Source: a virus (lineage: Duplodnaviria; Caudoviricetes). From it: a DNA stretch of 59,967 nt. Of the stretch, positions 10,371 to 20,381 are shown piece by piece. The stretch lies in IMG/VR virus record IMGVR_UViG_3300043410_001381, positions 1-59,967 of that record; one strand, 5' to 3'. Every line of letters begins with the position of its first letter. The stretch's first letter is position 1. Under the pieces are notes generated by a model. It did not search any database, was not told the origin of the DNA, and saw nothing but the letters and a program-made list of their open reading frames with translations. The translations under genes and the position numbers were made by a program.

Positions 10371-11590
10371 TAAAATTGATCCGCTTCTGTAGAATGTTTA
10401 TTTGCTACTGTACTACTTGCACCGACAGCTTCACTGATTAAATCAAAGTAACCAACGCCCACTTCACGTTGATGCTTAACTGTAGTAAAGCCACGTTCTT
10501 GTGCTGCAAACTCACGCTGTTGCATTTCGCTGTATCCAGCCATGCCACGTGCCTTGTATGCTTCAGCAAGTTCAAATGTTGCTAAGTTTACACTATGGAA
10601 ACCTGCTAGTGTAATAAATTGGAACTTATAACCCAATGCGCCTAGTTCGCGCTGGAATGTTTCACACTCGTCTTCGCTTAGGAACTTGCGCCAGTTAAAA
10701 CTTGGAGAGCAGTTGTAGGCTAACATTTGATCTGGGTACTGTGCGTGGATTGCATCAGCAAACTTTTTAGCCTGTGCTATGTCTGGAGTACTTGTTTCAA
10801 ACCAGAGCAAATCAGCATAAGGAGCATACTCCAAACCGCGACGTATACAAGCGTCCAGTCCATTACGAAACTTATAGAAACCTTCTTCTGTTCTTTCATT
10901 GATTACAAACTCCTTGTCTAGTGGATCGTGATCACTTGTAATTAGTGTTGCTGACTCAGCATCTGTACGTGCCATAATAACTGTGTCAACTCCTGCTACG
11001 TCACTTGCTAGACGTGCAGCTTGTAAATTACGGATTGCTTGGCTAGTGGGAATTAAAACCTTACCACCTAAATGTCCACATTTCTTTTCACTTGATAATT
11101 GATCTTCGAAGTGTACGCCTGCTGCACCCGCTTCGATCATTGCTAACATTAGTTCGTATGCGTTCAATGCACCACCGAACCCTGCTTCTGCATCTGCTAC
11201 AATTGGTAGGAAGTAATCAACGAAGTCATCATCTTCATTTATAGTACCTTCACTGTGTTGAATTTGATCAGCACGACGGAAAGCATTGTTAATTTGCTTA
11301 ACGATTGTTGGTACTGAATTAACTGGGTACAGTGATTGGTCTGGATATGTTTGTCCAGCTGTGTTTGCGGCTGCGGCAACTTGCCAGCCTGATAGATAAA
11401 TTGCTTGTAGTCCTGCCTTGGCGTGTTGTACTGCCATTTGGCCGTTGTATGCACCTAGCGTATTAACGTATGGTTCGTTGTTTAATAGATAACGTAGTCT
11501 TGATGCACCACGTTTTGCTAATGTGTGTTCAATTTGTAAACTACCTTGTAGTTTTCTAACTGTGTCTTGTGTGTAATTACGCTTTTTCAT
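10370..11590 (-). CDS. aceA: Isocitrate lyase
   Basis: [39 protein letters not shown]; start at MKKRNY. Confidence 0.97.
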   Translation of the reverse strand: MKKRNYTQDTVRKLQGSLQIEHTLAKRGASRLRYLLNNEPYVNTLGAYNGQMAVQHAKAGLQAIYLSGWQVAAAANTAGQTYPDQSLYPVNSVPTIVKQINNAFRRADQIQHSEGTINEDDDFVDYFLPIVADAEAGFGGALNAYELMLAMIEAGAAGVHFEDQLSSEKKCGHLGGKVLIPTSQAIRNLQAARLASDVAGVDTVIMARTDAESATLITSDHDPLDKEFVINERTEEGFYKFRNGLDACIRRGLEYAPYADLLWFETSTPDIAQAKKFADAIHAQYPDQMLAYNCSPSFNWRKFLSEDECETFQRELGALGYKFQFITLAGFHSVNLATFELAEAYKARGMAGYSEMQQREFAAQERGFTTVKHQREVGVGYFDLISEAVGASSTVANKHSTEADQF

Positions 11591-11808
11591 TTTGTTTCCT
11601 TTAACCCGTGCTTTGCTTCCCATTCTTTTAGTGCATTTGGATTTACTTTGTCGTAACCAGTATGCCATTGTTTAGATACTTTTGAGTATCTAATCCTCCA
11701 CATACGGTTGCCAATTCTCAATACCCCACCTGCACTGTGTTCGTCTTTAGGGTGGTATATACTTATACCTTGACGAATATGCTCACCCTCTTTCTTCCAA
11801 TGTATCAT
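11587..11808 (-). CDS. Hypothetical protein
   Basis: ATGA overlaps at both ends. Confidence 0.6.
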   Translation of the reverse strand: MIHWKKEGEHIRQGISIYHPKDEHSAGGVLRIGNRMWRIRYSKVSKQWHTGYDKVNPNALKEWEAKHGLKETK

Positions 11809-14156
11809 AACTTACATGCCTCGCAGTCATCATCCAGCTCAACTTCAGTATAATTCATTTTGTTTGAATCATATGCACCATTTGTATATGACTTGGCAAC
11901 GTCAGCTGCTTCAACTTTTGCACCTTGCTTATTAATCAAGCTGTAGTAAAAAGTCTTCAGTCCCCAAATGTGTGCTTGCATCAAGTTCTTGGCAATTAAT
12001 GTAGTTGGTACTTTACGATCTGGGAACCATGCAGGGTTGTAGAAAGTGTTAGTACTTATACTCTGGTCAACGTATGCAGCAATAACTGCTGCCGTTTTTA
12101 GGTAACCATCACAGTCTTTTTGTTCCCACATCAATTGGTACTTGTTCTTAAGTTTGGTATACTCTGGAACAACTTGTACTAATGAACCAGCTTTTGATTC
12201 CTTAACGCTGATCAAACTCATTGGCATTTCGATACCATTTGTTGAGCTAATAACAACTGAGCTAGACTCAACTGGTGCGACAGCCATGTTTGTTGCATTA
12301 CGTACACCGTATTTGATCATTTCAGCACGTAGTGATTCCCAGTCAAGTTCAGGTGCAAAGTCTGTTAACTCGTTTACACCATTAGCACGGAGTTCCCATG
12401 GAAATTTACCTTGCCCGTACCTTGTATGTTCACTATGTGTACAAGAACCGCGCTCTCGTGCTAATTCAACTGATGCTTCTGTTAAGTAGTATGCTTGGTG
12501 TTCCATCCAACTCTTGACTTCAGCTAATGCATCTTTCTCACCATAAAGCATACCACGCTTGGCATGCCAGTAGGCTAAGTTTGTGATACCAATACCTAGT
12601 GGACGAATTTCGTCATTGCTTAACTTACTTTGGATTGAAAGAAAGTCTTGGTAATCCAAAATGTTGTTAAGGCTGCGATGAAGAATCCTACAAGCTCTAC
12701 GCATATCCTCAGGATTACGGAATGCTCCCCAATTGATTGAGCCAAGAGTACAAAGGGCAATGCGACCAGCGTCGTCGTCAAGACGCTTAAAAGGTTTTGT
12801 AGGTAATAGAATTTCACAGCAAAGGTTACTTTGATAAATTGTGTGGTACTCGGGATCGAATGGGCCTTGGTTCATTACGTTATCAACGAACACCAAGTAG
12901 ATGCGTCCTGTATCAGTTCTCTCCTTAAGGATACCACCTTTGAATACGTCTTCAGCATTCATTACTTTCTTGCGTAGGTCTTTACGCTTCTCGTACTTGA
13001 CATATAGCTCTTCGAAAAGGGCAGTGTTCTTATAGAACGCTTCATATAAGTCAGGTACTTCGTTTGGATCAAAGAATGTTATGTTTTCTTTGTTCTTGAA
13101 TCGTCTCCAGAAGAAGGCTGACAACACGACACCGTAGTCCATGTGTCTTACCCTAGTTTCCTCAGTTCCTTGATTGTTCTTAAGAACGATGAGATCATCA
13201 AACTGATGGTGCCAAATAGGATAAAAAACTGTCGCAGACGCATTGCGGATTCCTCCTTGAGAACAACTTCTTAAATCGCCAAACCATTTCTTCAAGAAAG
13301 GGATCATGCCTGTATGCATAATTTCACCACCCCTAATAGGGCTACCCAATGGGCGTAGGCGTCCAATCTCGAGTCCAATACCAGCACGTTTACTGGCATA
13401 CTTGGCCATCATTTCTCCAGAAGCAAAGATACTATCAAGATCGTCATCAGACCTAATGAGTACGCAACTAGAAAATTGTTTAGTGGGTGTTCCGAGGCCA
13501 GCAAGCACAGGTGTAGCGAGAGTGAAAAGACCGTCGCTACTAGCATGGTAGTAATCTTTGATATAGCGCATACGAGCTGATTGAGGCTCTTCTTTATGCA
13601 TAACGGTAGCTGCTGCGACCATATAACGAATTTGTGGAGTTTCATAAGTTTCCTTTGTAGCACGATTGCGTACCAAGTACTTCTCAATTAACTGCTCAAT
13701 GGCCGCGTATGAGTATCCCTCATCTTTTTCATGGTCGATGATTTCATTCATCTTGTCCCATTCTTCTTTTGTATACCATTCCAGTAGCTCTGGGGTATAC
13801 ATACCCAATGCGACATTCTTAACAACAACATCGTAAAGGTGAGGAACTTGATAGTCCCCATATACATCTTTACGCAACATACTTAAACGTTGCTTGCCTG
13901 CTACATATTGGTAGTTAGTATGCCCAACGTCTGGATTGTGTTCAACGTCAATTAAGTCAACAATCGCTCTTAGTGTAATCTCATCAATTTGCTTAGTGGT
14001 AATGCCATCATAAAAATGTGGTTGACTTTTAATCTCAATCATGGACTGACTAACGTCTGCAATCCCCTGACATACTTTTGTTATCTGTGCTTGCCATTTT
14101 TCTACTGCTAATGGTTCACGTTTTCCGCTTCTTTTAATAACTGTTATATTGTTCAT
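11805..14156 (-). CDS. nrdA: Class Ia ribonucleotide reductase alpha subunit with ATP cone
   Basis: VIKRSG cone, FSSC, SNLCCEI, KTFYY, C-terminal CEAC. Confidence 0.97.
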   Translation of the reverse strand: MNNITVIKRSGKREPLAVEKWQAQITKVCQGIADVSQSMIEIKSQPHFYDGITTKQIDEITLRAIVDLIDVEHNPDVGHTNYQYVAGKQRLSMLRKDVYGDYQVPHLYDVVVKNVALGMYTPELLEWYTKEEWDKMNEIIDHEKDEGYSYAAIEQLIEKYLVRNRATKETYETPQIRYMVAAATVMHKEEPQSARMRYIKDYYHASSDGLFTLATPVLAGLGTPTKQFSSCVLIRSDDDLDSIFASGEMMAKYASKRAGIGLEIGRLRPLGSPIRGGEIMHTGMIPFLKKWFGDLRSCSQGGIRNASATVFYPIWHHQFDDLIVLKNNQGTEETRVRHMDYGVVLSAFFWRRFKNKENITFFDPNEVPDLYEAFYKNTALFEELYVKYEKRKDLRKKVMNAEDVFKGGILKERTDTGRIYLVFVDNVMNQGPFDPEYHTIYQSNLCCEILLPTKPFKRLDDDAGRIALCTLGSINWGAFRNPEDMRRACRILHRSLNNILDYQDFLSIQSKLSNDEIRPLGIGITNLAYWHAKRGMLYGEKDALAEVKSWMEHQAYYLTEASVELARERGSCTHSEHTRYGQGKFPWELRANGVNELTDFAPELDWESLRAEMIKYGVRNATNMAVAPVESSSVVISSTNGIEMPMSLISVKESKAGSLVQVVPEYTKLKNKYQLMWEQKDCDGYLKTAAVIAAYVDQSISTNTFYNPAWFPDRKVPTTLIAKNLMQAHIWGLKTFYYSLINKQGAKVEAADVAKSYTNGAYDSNKMNYTEVELDDDCEACKL

Positions 14157-14312
14157 TCTTCTCTCGATGTGCTATGGTTACCAATTTTTTTAAAATATTA
14201 GGAAAGTATTTAGTGAGTGACAATCCTACGACGACCTATATCGATCGCTGTTCTTCATTGGTTCCTGCGGGGAATTTAAAAGTAAATCACCGTTAGCACA
14301 ATAGCATTAGAA

Positions 14313-14341
14313 ATTATATGCTAACTTAATGCTATTGTCTA
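14313..14341 (-). promoter_or_regulatory. sigma70-type promoter for nrdA operon (TAAATA also at 14207-14212)
   Basis: TAGACA-17-TATAAT. Confidence 0.65.
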
Positions 14342-14350
14342 ACGATTTGA

Positions 14351-16309
14351 TTACATTATTGCTTTATATGAGTATATAAAGTAACCGTCTACTGCGGTGT
14401 TATTTGTATATGTTAAAACGATTGCGTATGGTTCGCCACCGCTTACTGATGGGTCTCCACCAACAGCATCAACTAGTCTTGCAGAGAATTCTAGAGCAAC
14501 TGCAATCTCGCCAATATTAACATCGGCACCTGCATAGTTGTATTCATCACTCAATTGTGTGTAACCAGTGTCTGAGTTTGATGTTACAAGGATTGTTCCT
14601 GCTCTTGTAAACAACTTGCCACTTGCAGTATTCTGAAATACATAGTCAATGTGGTAAACAATCGAACCACTTGGTACACCATATGCATCTGTACGTGTTG
14701 GTAAACGTAAGAAGTCGGATGTTGATTGACCACAGTAAATGCTTCTTGTGCCATTTGATTTGAATACACCGTGGCCAGTTACAGTTGGTGCATAGATAAT
14801 GTATGGGTCATCATTAATGTGAGCATCTTCTAAATCGTCATTTCTATCAGATTTAAGATTTGTCACACTGTTGTTATGCTTACCAAAGTATACTTGTGGG
14901 AAACGGTCAATGTCGCTACCTGAGTGTGTATTTGACGCACCGTCTACACCAACGTTCATGAATGAACAGTCAAGTACTGAATTGTGTTCACCGTGGTCAC
15001 AGAAGATACCTTGCTTTTTAATGTTGTAGAACTTTGATCCAACAATTTGCATTTGTCTTGGGCCGTATGTTTGACCGTCACTAATACCATCAGCTAAAAT
15101 ACCCATTCCAAAACCAATACGTGAATCAGTCAAATAGCAGTTTTCAAAAATGTTATTAACACTATCTTGCTTTGCGTATACACAGTATGAGAATCCACTG
15201 AAGTGGATATTTCTAAAGATATTGTTCTCTGTTGTGACTAATGTACTGTGCGAGTTCAATGAGAACCCTCTACTTCCATCACTCAATGTTGTATATGATC
15301 CATTTAATGAACCAATGAGGTTAAGGTCTTCAAACAAACTATTCTTAACAGCGTCTAATTGTAAACATGTATTGACACCAGATGCATCTTGGATAGTCAA
15401 TCCTGAAATTTGAATGTTACGAGGCTGTGTAACACCTTGTGTACTGTCAATAGTACTTGGTGATCCAGCAATACTAGAGTCGTTAACGAATTGAATTGCT
15501 GGCTTCTTAGGTGTAACTTGGAAGGATGCACTTGATGCAGTGCTTAACACTTCGCTTACAACTGCGCTAACGCCAGGGTTTACTGATACTAGCGTTACGT
15601 TTTTATTTGCACCAGTTCCAGTTCCCACAATGTATGCTCCAACCATATCAGCTGTTAAACCAGTTGACATGAGTAGCGTATTTCCAGTACCAGGATCTTG
15701 TGTTACTGAACCAGTAATTGTAGTTACAATTGGGTCAAAGTAAATGATAGTTTTATCAGCACCAGCGCCAATTAAACTTGCATAACTTGGTACATACAAT
15801 GTGCTTCTTAGTCTATAAGAACCCTCTGGGATTTCTAGCACAACTCTAGCTTGAATACTATCTGGTCCAGATAGTGATGCTTTACTTGATGCATTTAGGA
15901 ACAGCTGATTGATAGCAAACTGTAACGCATTTGTATCGTCTGCACCTGATTGATTGTCTGGGTTGTAGTTTCCGAGAGTACCAAAGTCAGTAGTGTTTAC
16001 TCTATCATCCAAACGCTGTTGTAATGTACGTGCTACTGGGGCATTGTCCTGAACAGTAATGCCTTCATTACTCTTATAAACGTATTGAACAGAGCCAAAT
16101 AAGTTACTTTCAGACGCCAAGTCTTTTGACGTGATAATCTTAGTATTACCAACAGCTGGCGCACCTTCAAATACAGAACCGTTACCAATAAACAACTCTT
16201 GAGTATCTACGGCCCATGCCATTTCACCACTTGCAAGCTGTGGTAAGCCTGAGCCGCTATTACGCTTTCCACGGCGAATTTGAATTCTAGAAATCTGGAC
16301 TACTGCCAT
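14351..16309 (-). CDS. Virion protein with pectin-lyase-like beta-helix (tail/baseplate spike)
   Basis: MAVVQISRIQIRRG...LASGEMAWAVDTQELFIG N-terminus; DDTNALQFAI, IPEGSY, LIGAG; TAAATA at 16330-16335. Confidence 0.7.
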   Translation of the reverse strand: MAVVQISRIQIRRGKRNSGSGLPQLASGEMAWAVDTQELFIGNGSVFEGAPAVGNTKIITSKDLASESNLFGSVQYVYKSNEGITVQDNAPVARTLQQRLDDRVNTTDFGTLGNYNPDNQSGADDTNALQFAINQLFLNASSKASLSGPDSIQARVVLEIPEGSYRLRSTLYVPSYASLIGAGADKTIIYFDPIVTTITGSVTQDPGTGNTLLMSTGLTADMVGAYIVGTGTGANKNVTLVSVNPGVSAVVSEVLSTASSASFQVTPKKPAIQFVNDSSIAGSPSTIDSTQGVTQPRNIQISGLTIQDASGVNTCLQLDAVKNSLFEDLNLIGSLNGSYTTLSDGSRGFSLNSHSTLVTTENNIFRNIHFSGFSYCVYAKQDSVNNIFENCYLTDSRIGFGMGILADGISDGQTYGPRQMQIVGSKFYNIKKQGIFCDHGEHNSVLDCSFMNVGVDGASNTHSGSDIDRFPQVYFGKHNNSVTNLKSDRNDDLEDAHINDDPYIIYAPTVTGHGVFKSNGTRSIYCGQSTSDFLRLPTRTDAYGVPSGSIVYHIDYVFQNTASGKLFTRAGTILVTSNSDTGYTQLSDEYNYAGADVNIGEIAVALEFSARLVDAVGGDPSVSGGEPYAIVLTYTNNTAVDGYFIYSYKAIM

Positions 16310-16335
16310 AATAATATCCTCTTTGTGGATATTTA

Positions 16336-17052
16336 TCAGTTTTCGCGGTAGTACTGTTCCACTCTATCCCACCATTTACGTTCCCAAAACTCGAACTTAT
16401 CGGGAGTAAGGATAAACTCTTGATATTGTGGTTTGCCCCACTTTCCAGGGGCGATTTCTGGTGGTTTAACACACATTAATACAACACCCTTGCGAATATT
16501 TGTTTTGTGTACTTCATTATGTGCGAGTGCGTATGCAGTTAATTGAAGGTAGTAGTCCTCAATGTACTCTTCTTTCTTGGGCTTATTGCTTTGTTTGTAG
16601 TCAAGAATGGCTTCTTCGTTAAGATGCAATCCTAGACCGTCAGTAGTACCTGCATAGATACCTGGAAAATACAATCCTACTTCAACACCCCAGATTTCGT
16701 TTACGTTGCTGAGACCTTCAGCAATAACAGTTTGTGCCATAAGATGGCTTTGGGCACTAAATGGATTGGATCCTGGTGTAGCAATTGCACCAGTTTTGAC
16801 ATAGTCTTCCAAGTACTTGTGCATTCGTGTACCACGTCCTGCTGCCTCAGTAGTAATCTGCTGTGCTTTTTCTGCACCAACTCGTTTCTTCCACTCCATA
16901 AGAGCTTGGATTTTTTCAAGTGGTTTAGTTTTATCTAGGATTGTGGTTACGGATGGAACTTTGCTTCCATCAGGTGTTGCGTATAAACGCTTACCTTCTA
17001 CGCTTTCACGATTGATTGGGGTATAGTTGTATTTTTCAATTAAAAGGGACAT
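16336..17052 (-). CDS. PD-(D/E)XK exonuclease (Cas4/MGME1-like)
   Basis: PSVTTIL, RGTRMH, AGTTD, ILDYK, QLTAYA. Confidence 0.88.
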   Translation of the reverse strand: MSLLIEKYNYTPINRESVEGKRLYATPDGSKVPSVTTILDKTKPLEKIQALMEWKKRVGAEKAQQITTEAAGRGTRMHKYLEDYVKTGAIATPGSNPFSAQSHLMAQTVIAEGLSNVNEIWGVEVGLYFPGIYAGTTDGLGLHLNEEAILDYKQSNKPKKEEYIEDYYLQLTAYALAHNEVHKTNIRKGVVLMCVKPPEIAPGKWGKPQYQEFILTPDKFEFWERKWWDRVEQYYREN

Positions 17053-17058
17053 ACTATA

Positions 17059-17086
17059 ATTATACAGTATGTCCCTAGTATATCAA
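17059..17086 (-). promoter_or_regulatory. sigma70-type promoter, probably leaderless, inside an inverted repeat
   Basis: TTGATA-16-TATAAT, 6 nt before ATG; 11 bp IR arms at 17045-17055 and 17066-17076. Confidence 0.65.
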
Positions 17087-17095
17087 GTTATCTGA

Positions 17096-17440
17096 TTACT
17101 TGCCAAAGTTTGCGGCTGCACGTTTAGCGGCTGCGGCCATCATAGGCTTTCCTTCTTTAGGACCTTGAGGCATTGCTGCTTGTTCTTCACCTGCGTTTGA
17201 CTTAATTTGGATTCCGTTCTGATCAAAGTTATCGATTAAACCTTGGATAGTTGGGTCACTATCAAATAGTTTTGCAAAGCGGTTGTAATCGATTGATGGA
17301 GCACCGTAAGAACGCATTGCGCGATTTAGTGCGTCCCAGGTTAATGCTGGGCTTGTGTTTTGTTCAGGATCGTTATTTGCTTGGGTTTGTAAATCCGTTA
17401 GTACTGCTACTAACGGATCTATACTTTCCCTAATTACTTT
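17096..17440 (-). CDS. -1 frame extension (about 113 codons) of 17434..18441
   Basis: Frame open from the A9G run (VIRESIDPL...) to stop at 17096; first ATG only at 17317, without SD. Confidence 0.7.
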   Translation of the reverse strand, partial: KVIRESIDPLVAVLTDLQTQANNDPEQNTSPALTWDALNRAMRSYGAPSIDYNRFAKLFDSDPTIQGLIDNFDQNGIQIKSNAGEEQAAMPQGPKEGKPMMAAAAKRAAANFGK

Positions 17441-18441
17441 TTTTTTGAGTTAAGTAACATGCCTAATCTACGGCTGTACTCGATGCTTTCACGCTTTTCA
17501 CGGCCAACATCTGCTACGCCTGGAGTAGGTGCGCCCATTGGTTCTTCACCTGGCATTGGTTCTGCACCTGCTTCTGGTGGTACGCCGCCTACTTCTGGTG
17601 CGCCTGGTGCTGCACCACCTGGTGTTGCGCCCATCATCTCGCCTTGATCGCCTGTAATGATTGCTAAACCATTGTTTAGGCCTTGACGGCTATTCTCTAA
17701 TGCTGAATAAATTGCTTCTAGTGCTGGCTTAACTGCGTCTTGATATTGTTGTGCAACATCATTACCTTGTGATGCTCTTATAGAGTCCAATAATTCTAAT
17801 AGTTGTTCTGCTTTCATAGCAGCAACGTCTTCTAACCAGCCTGTGATACGGCCAACCATGTCTTTCGTTGAAATAATGATCTCGGCCTTATCTGCTTCAC
17901 CTTCTGATAGATACACGATATTACGTGCAACTGATTCTTTTAGATCGTATCTTAATGTTAATTCTGCAACCAATTCTTGTTGGTCACTTTCGCCTAAATT
18001 GATGCGGTTAATTGCTGATTCAATCCAGCCTTCTGGAACCTTATGATCCATTGCCTTTTTACGGATAGTGGCAAAGTAGATACTCTTGCCTTCATTTTTA
18101 CCATATTTCTTTTGCATGTTCTTTTTCATCCCTGACTTGTCGTACTTGCCTTTGAGCTTCTTCTCTTCAGCTTTCTCTTCACCAGACATTTCACGTTCCA
18201 AGATTGCTTGGTTAACAACGTCAAGTAAAGCACGAGTCTTTTGGTACTTAGCGTTTGTGTGAAGAGCGTCGAAACTTTCATTGACCTCGAATTGGCTCAT
18301 TTCAGTACGTAGTTTGTTACGCACATCTTCTAGTTGAACGTCTGTAAACTGTTCTAAATTTAGTTTGTAGCCAAACTGTTTAGCCATACTTTCGTTAAGT
18401 ACGCTACTTGTAATCGGCTGTGATAAATCTCTAATTTGCAT
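17434..18441 (-). CDS. Probable head/core structural protein
   Basis: Helical with Pro/Gly/Glu linker; TAAATA at 18467-18472; ends SKKK on slippery site. Confidence 0.6.
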   Translation of the reverse strand: MQIRDLSQPITSSVLNESMAKQFGYKLNLEQFTDVQLEDVRNKLRTEMSQFEVNESFDALHTNAKYQKTRALLDVVNQAILEREMSGEEKAEEKKLKGKYDKSGMKKNMQKKYGKNEGKSIYFATIRKKAMDHKVPEGWIESAINRINLGESDQQELVAELTLRYDLKESVARNIVYLSEGEADKAEIIISTKDMVGRITGWLEDVAAMKAEQLLELLDSIRASQGNDVAQQYQDAVKPALEAIYSALENSRQGLNNGLAIITGDQGEMMGATPGGAAPGAPEVGGVPPEAGAEPMPGEEPMGAPTPGVADVGREKRESIEYSRRLGMLLNSKKK

Positions 18442-18472
18442 GATGGCTTCCTAAGCTATTTGTATGTATTTA

Positions 18473-18916
18473 TCAAAAGGTCCATTTAAACATCCTGGAA
18501 ATTTCTTCCTTAAAGCGTGACGACTGTGTTTCGCTTTCTTCTAGTCTGTTTAATAGTATAAGATACCTGTCGAAATTCTGTACTTTCTTAATATTATTAC
18601 GGAAAACCATTGAATCGCTGTGGTTTGACCAGTAATTATTATCCAAACGCTTGATTTCTAGAAACTTTTCAATTTGTGCGCCAGCATACGCTTTTGCAGC
18701 CATTAGGGCACATGTTTTTAAAAAGAACTCATCGATCTTATCTTTAGATCGAATGTGGTATAATCCCCAATTCCCGTTCTTTTTAACTTTTATATAATAG
18801 TCCTTGTAGACTAGGCTACCATCTGGGCGGACTGTTACTGGCAAAGTTTTATTAAGCTCTTCTTCAAACTGAGAAGCTAATGCTTTAACTACTTTTGCCT
18901 TGGATTGTTTCTTCAT
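18473..18916 (-). CDS. Hypothetical protein
   Basis: ORF coupled by ATGA overlap. Confidence 0.65.
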   Translation of the reverse strand: MKKQSKAKVVKALASQFEEELNKTLPVTVRPDGSLVYKDYYIKVKKNGNWGLYHIRSKDKIDEFFLKTCALMAAKAYAGAQIEKFLEIKRLDNNYWSNHSDSMVFRNNIKKVQNFDRYLILLNRLEESETQSSRFKEEISRMFKWTF

Positions 18917-19542
18917 TTTAATCCTGATAAACGTTTAATGCTTTCTAATAAGGTGTCAGTAGGGTCAACACTTTCTCGGTATTCCTGGTGATGGGCAATG
19001 ATTTGCCTTTCGATTTCTTCAGTATCGACAACTTTAGTGATGTCTTCACCAGTGTCAAGGTCTACTACACGTCTAATGTACACCTCGTCATCACCGCCTT
19101 CTTCAGGATGATCGTAATCATCATATCTAATACGTGCTGGGATATATGGGTCTTCGTGATAATCATAATCTACGCCAACATCAATTAATTCTGGTTGGTA
19201 ATTAGGATCTTCTTCATCATCTGTACCATTTGGATCATAATAAGGATTTGGGATTTCTTCAAGAGTGGTATCAAATCTACCATGGCGCTCTTTATGCTTT
19301 GCATATTCAGCTGATTGTTTCTTAAAATGCTCTGAGCTAGCTGCTGCATGAGCTTTGCCTTGCTCGCTACTGCGCCAATCCATATACTGCTGGCTAAGTG
19401 CTGGCTGTGTACCAGGTGGATTCCAAACATTTTCTGGCTCACCATATTCTTTAGGATCTGGTCCATTCTGAAATTGAAAACGTTTCGGCTTATGGTTGTG
19501 CTGTGCTTCAGATTCAGCAAGGTATTCTTTAAATGATTTCAT
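18913..19542 (-). CDS. Probable head internal protein
   Basis: N-terminus MKSFKEYLAE resembles T4 capsid-targeting sequence. Confidence 0.55.
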   Translation of the reverse strand: MKSFKEYLAESEAQHNHKPKRFQFQNGPDPKEYGEPENVWNPPGTQPALSQQYMDWRSSEQGKAHAAASSEHFKKQSAEYAKHKERHGRFDTTLEEIPNPYYDPNGTDDEEDPNYQPELIDVGVDYDYHEDPYIPARIRYDDYDHPEEGGDDEVYIRRVVDLDTGEDITKVVDTEEIERQIIAHHQEYRESVDPTDTLLESIKRLSGLK

Positions 19543-20381
19543 TATTTTAATCCTGCAATAGTTAACATTTTACTAAGCTCATCATTCTCGCCTAATTTCT
19601 TAGAACGCCCAGCAAATCCTTCACGGCCACCACGTTGAGCTTTTTCAAACTCTTTATCTTTAACTTGACTGATAAACATGTCGGTTGCATCGCCACCAAT
19701 GTCGTGGTTATGACCAGATCCCATTAAGTCAGGATCAGTCTCAGTATGAATGCCGTTATCATCTGGTGCCACTGGCATTAATTCATATTCAAGGTCTTCA
19801 CTTGTTTCAGTATCTTGTGTTACGGTTGCGCCTGGCTTCATTTGATTTGGGTCAGCTGGCTTCATAGTAAATGTGCCTGGCTCTTGACCAGGTGTTAGAG
19901 CATCAGCAGTTGTTTTGATTTCCTGACCACCTTGATCAATAGTTACGTCATTGCCGGCAACTGCTTTGATCTTCATTGGCTCGCCTTCTTCTGATACAAC
20001 ATGACCTGATTGGCTATGTGCCCTCATGTCAGCAAATGCGTTGCCTTTGATTTCAGCAACTTGCTCACCATCAACTAATGCAATCCAGTGATAGCTACCA
20101 TCTTTTGGGAAGGCATGTCTTGGATCTTTAAATTGTGCATTAGGATACTTGGCCAATATTGCCTGTTTCCAATGGCCCACTTTATGTCCAGGTTTATGTA
20201 CAGGCTTGTGTTCACTTTCAGACATATCATATTGCTTGCCTTTGTGCTTTTCCTGACCTTGCTTTTGTTCTTTCTTTTTATCACGGTGTGCGCCTGCGCC
20301 ACCAGTGGTCATGTTCTTAGCTACAAAGTTGCGTGGCTTAGATGGCTCTATTTTCTTATTTGTGACTTCATTGATCTTCAT
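19542..20381 (-). CDS. Probable head internal protein
   Basis: Start at MKINEV with GGAG SD and TAAATA at 20426-20431. Confidence 0.55.
   Translation of the reverse strand: MKINEVTNKKIEPSKPRNFVAKNMTTGGAGAHRDKKKEQKQGQEKHKGKQYDMSESEHKPVHKPGHKVGHWKQAILAKYPNAQFKDPRHAFPKDGSYHWIALVDGEQVAEIKGNAFADMRAHSQSGHVVSEEGEPMKIKAVAGNDVTIDQGGQEIKTTADALTPGQEPGTFTMKPADPNQMKPGATVTQDTETSEDLEYELMPVAPDDNGIHTETDPDLMGSGHNHDIGGDATDMFISQVKDKEFEKAQRGGREGFAGRSKKLGENDELSKMLTIAGLK

Noticed and set aside
9270-14156. Introns or inteins in nrdA/nrdB, NrdR boxes
   Set aside because: Both ORFs are continuous and of normal length; no convincing NrdR palindrome seen.
16336-17052. Cas4 of a CRISPR system
   Set aside because: No Cas4 Cys cluster, array or other cas genes; ordinary phage exonuclease.
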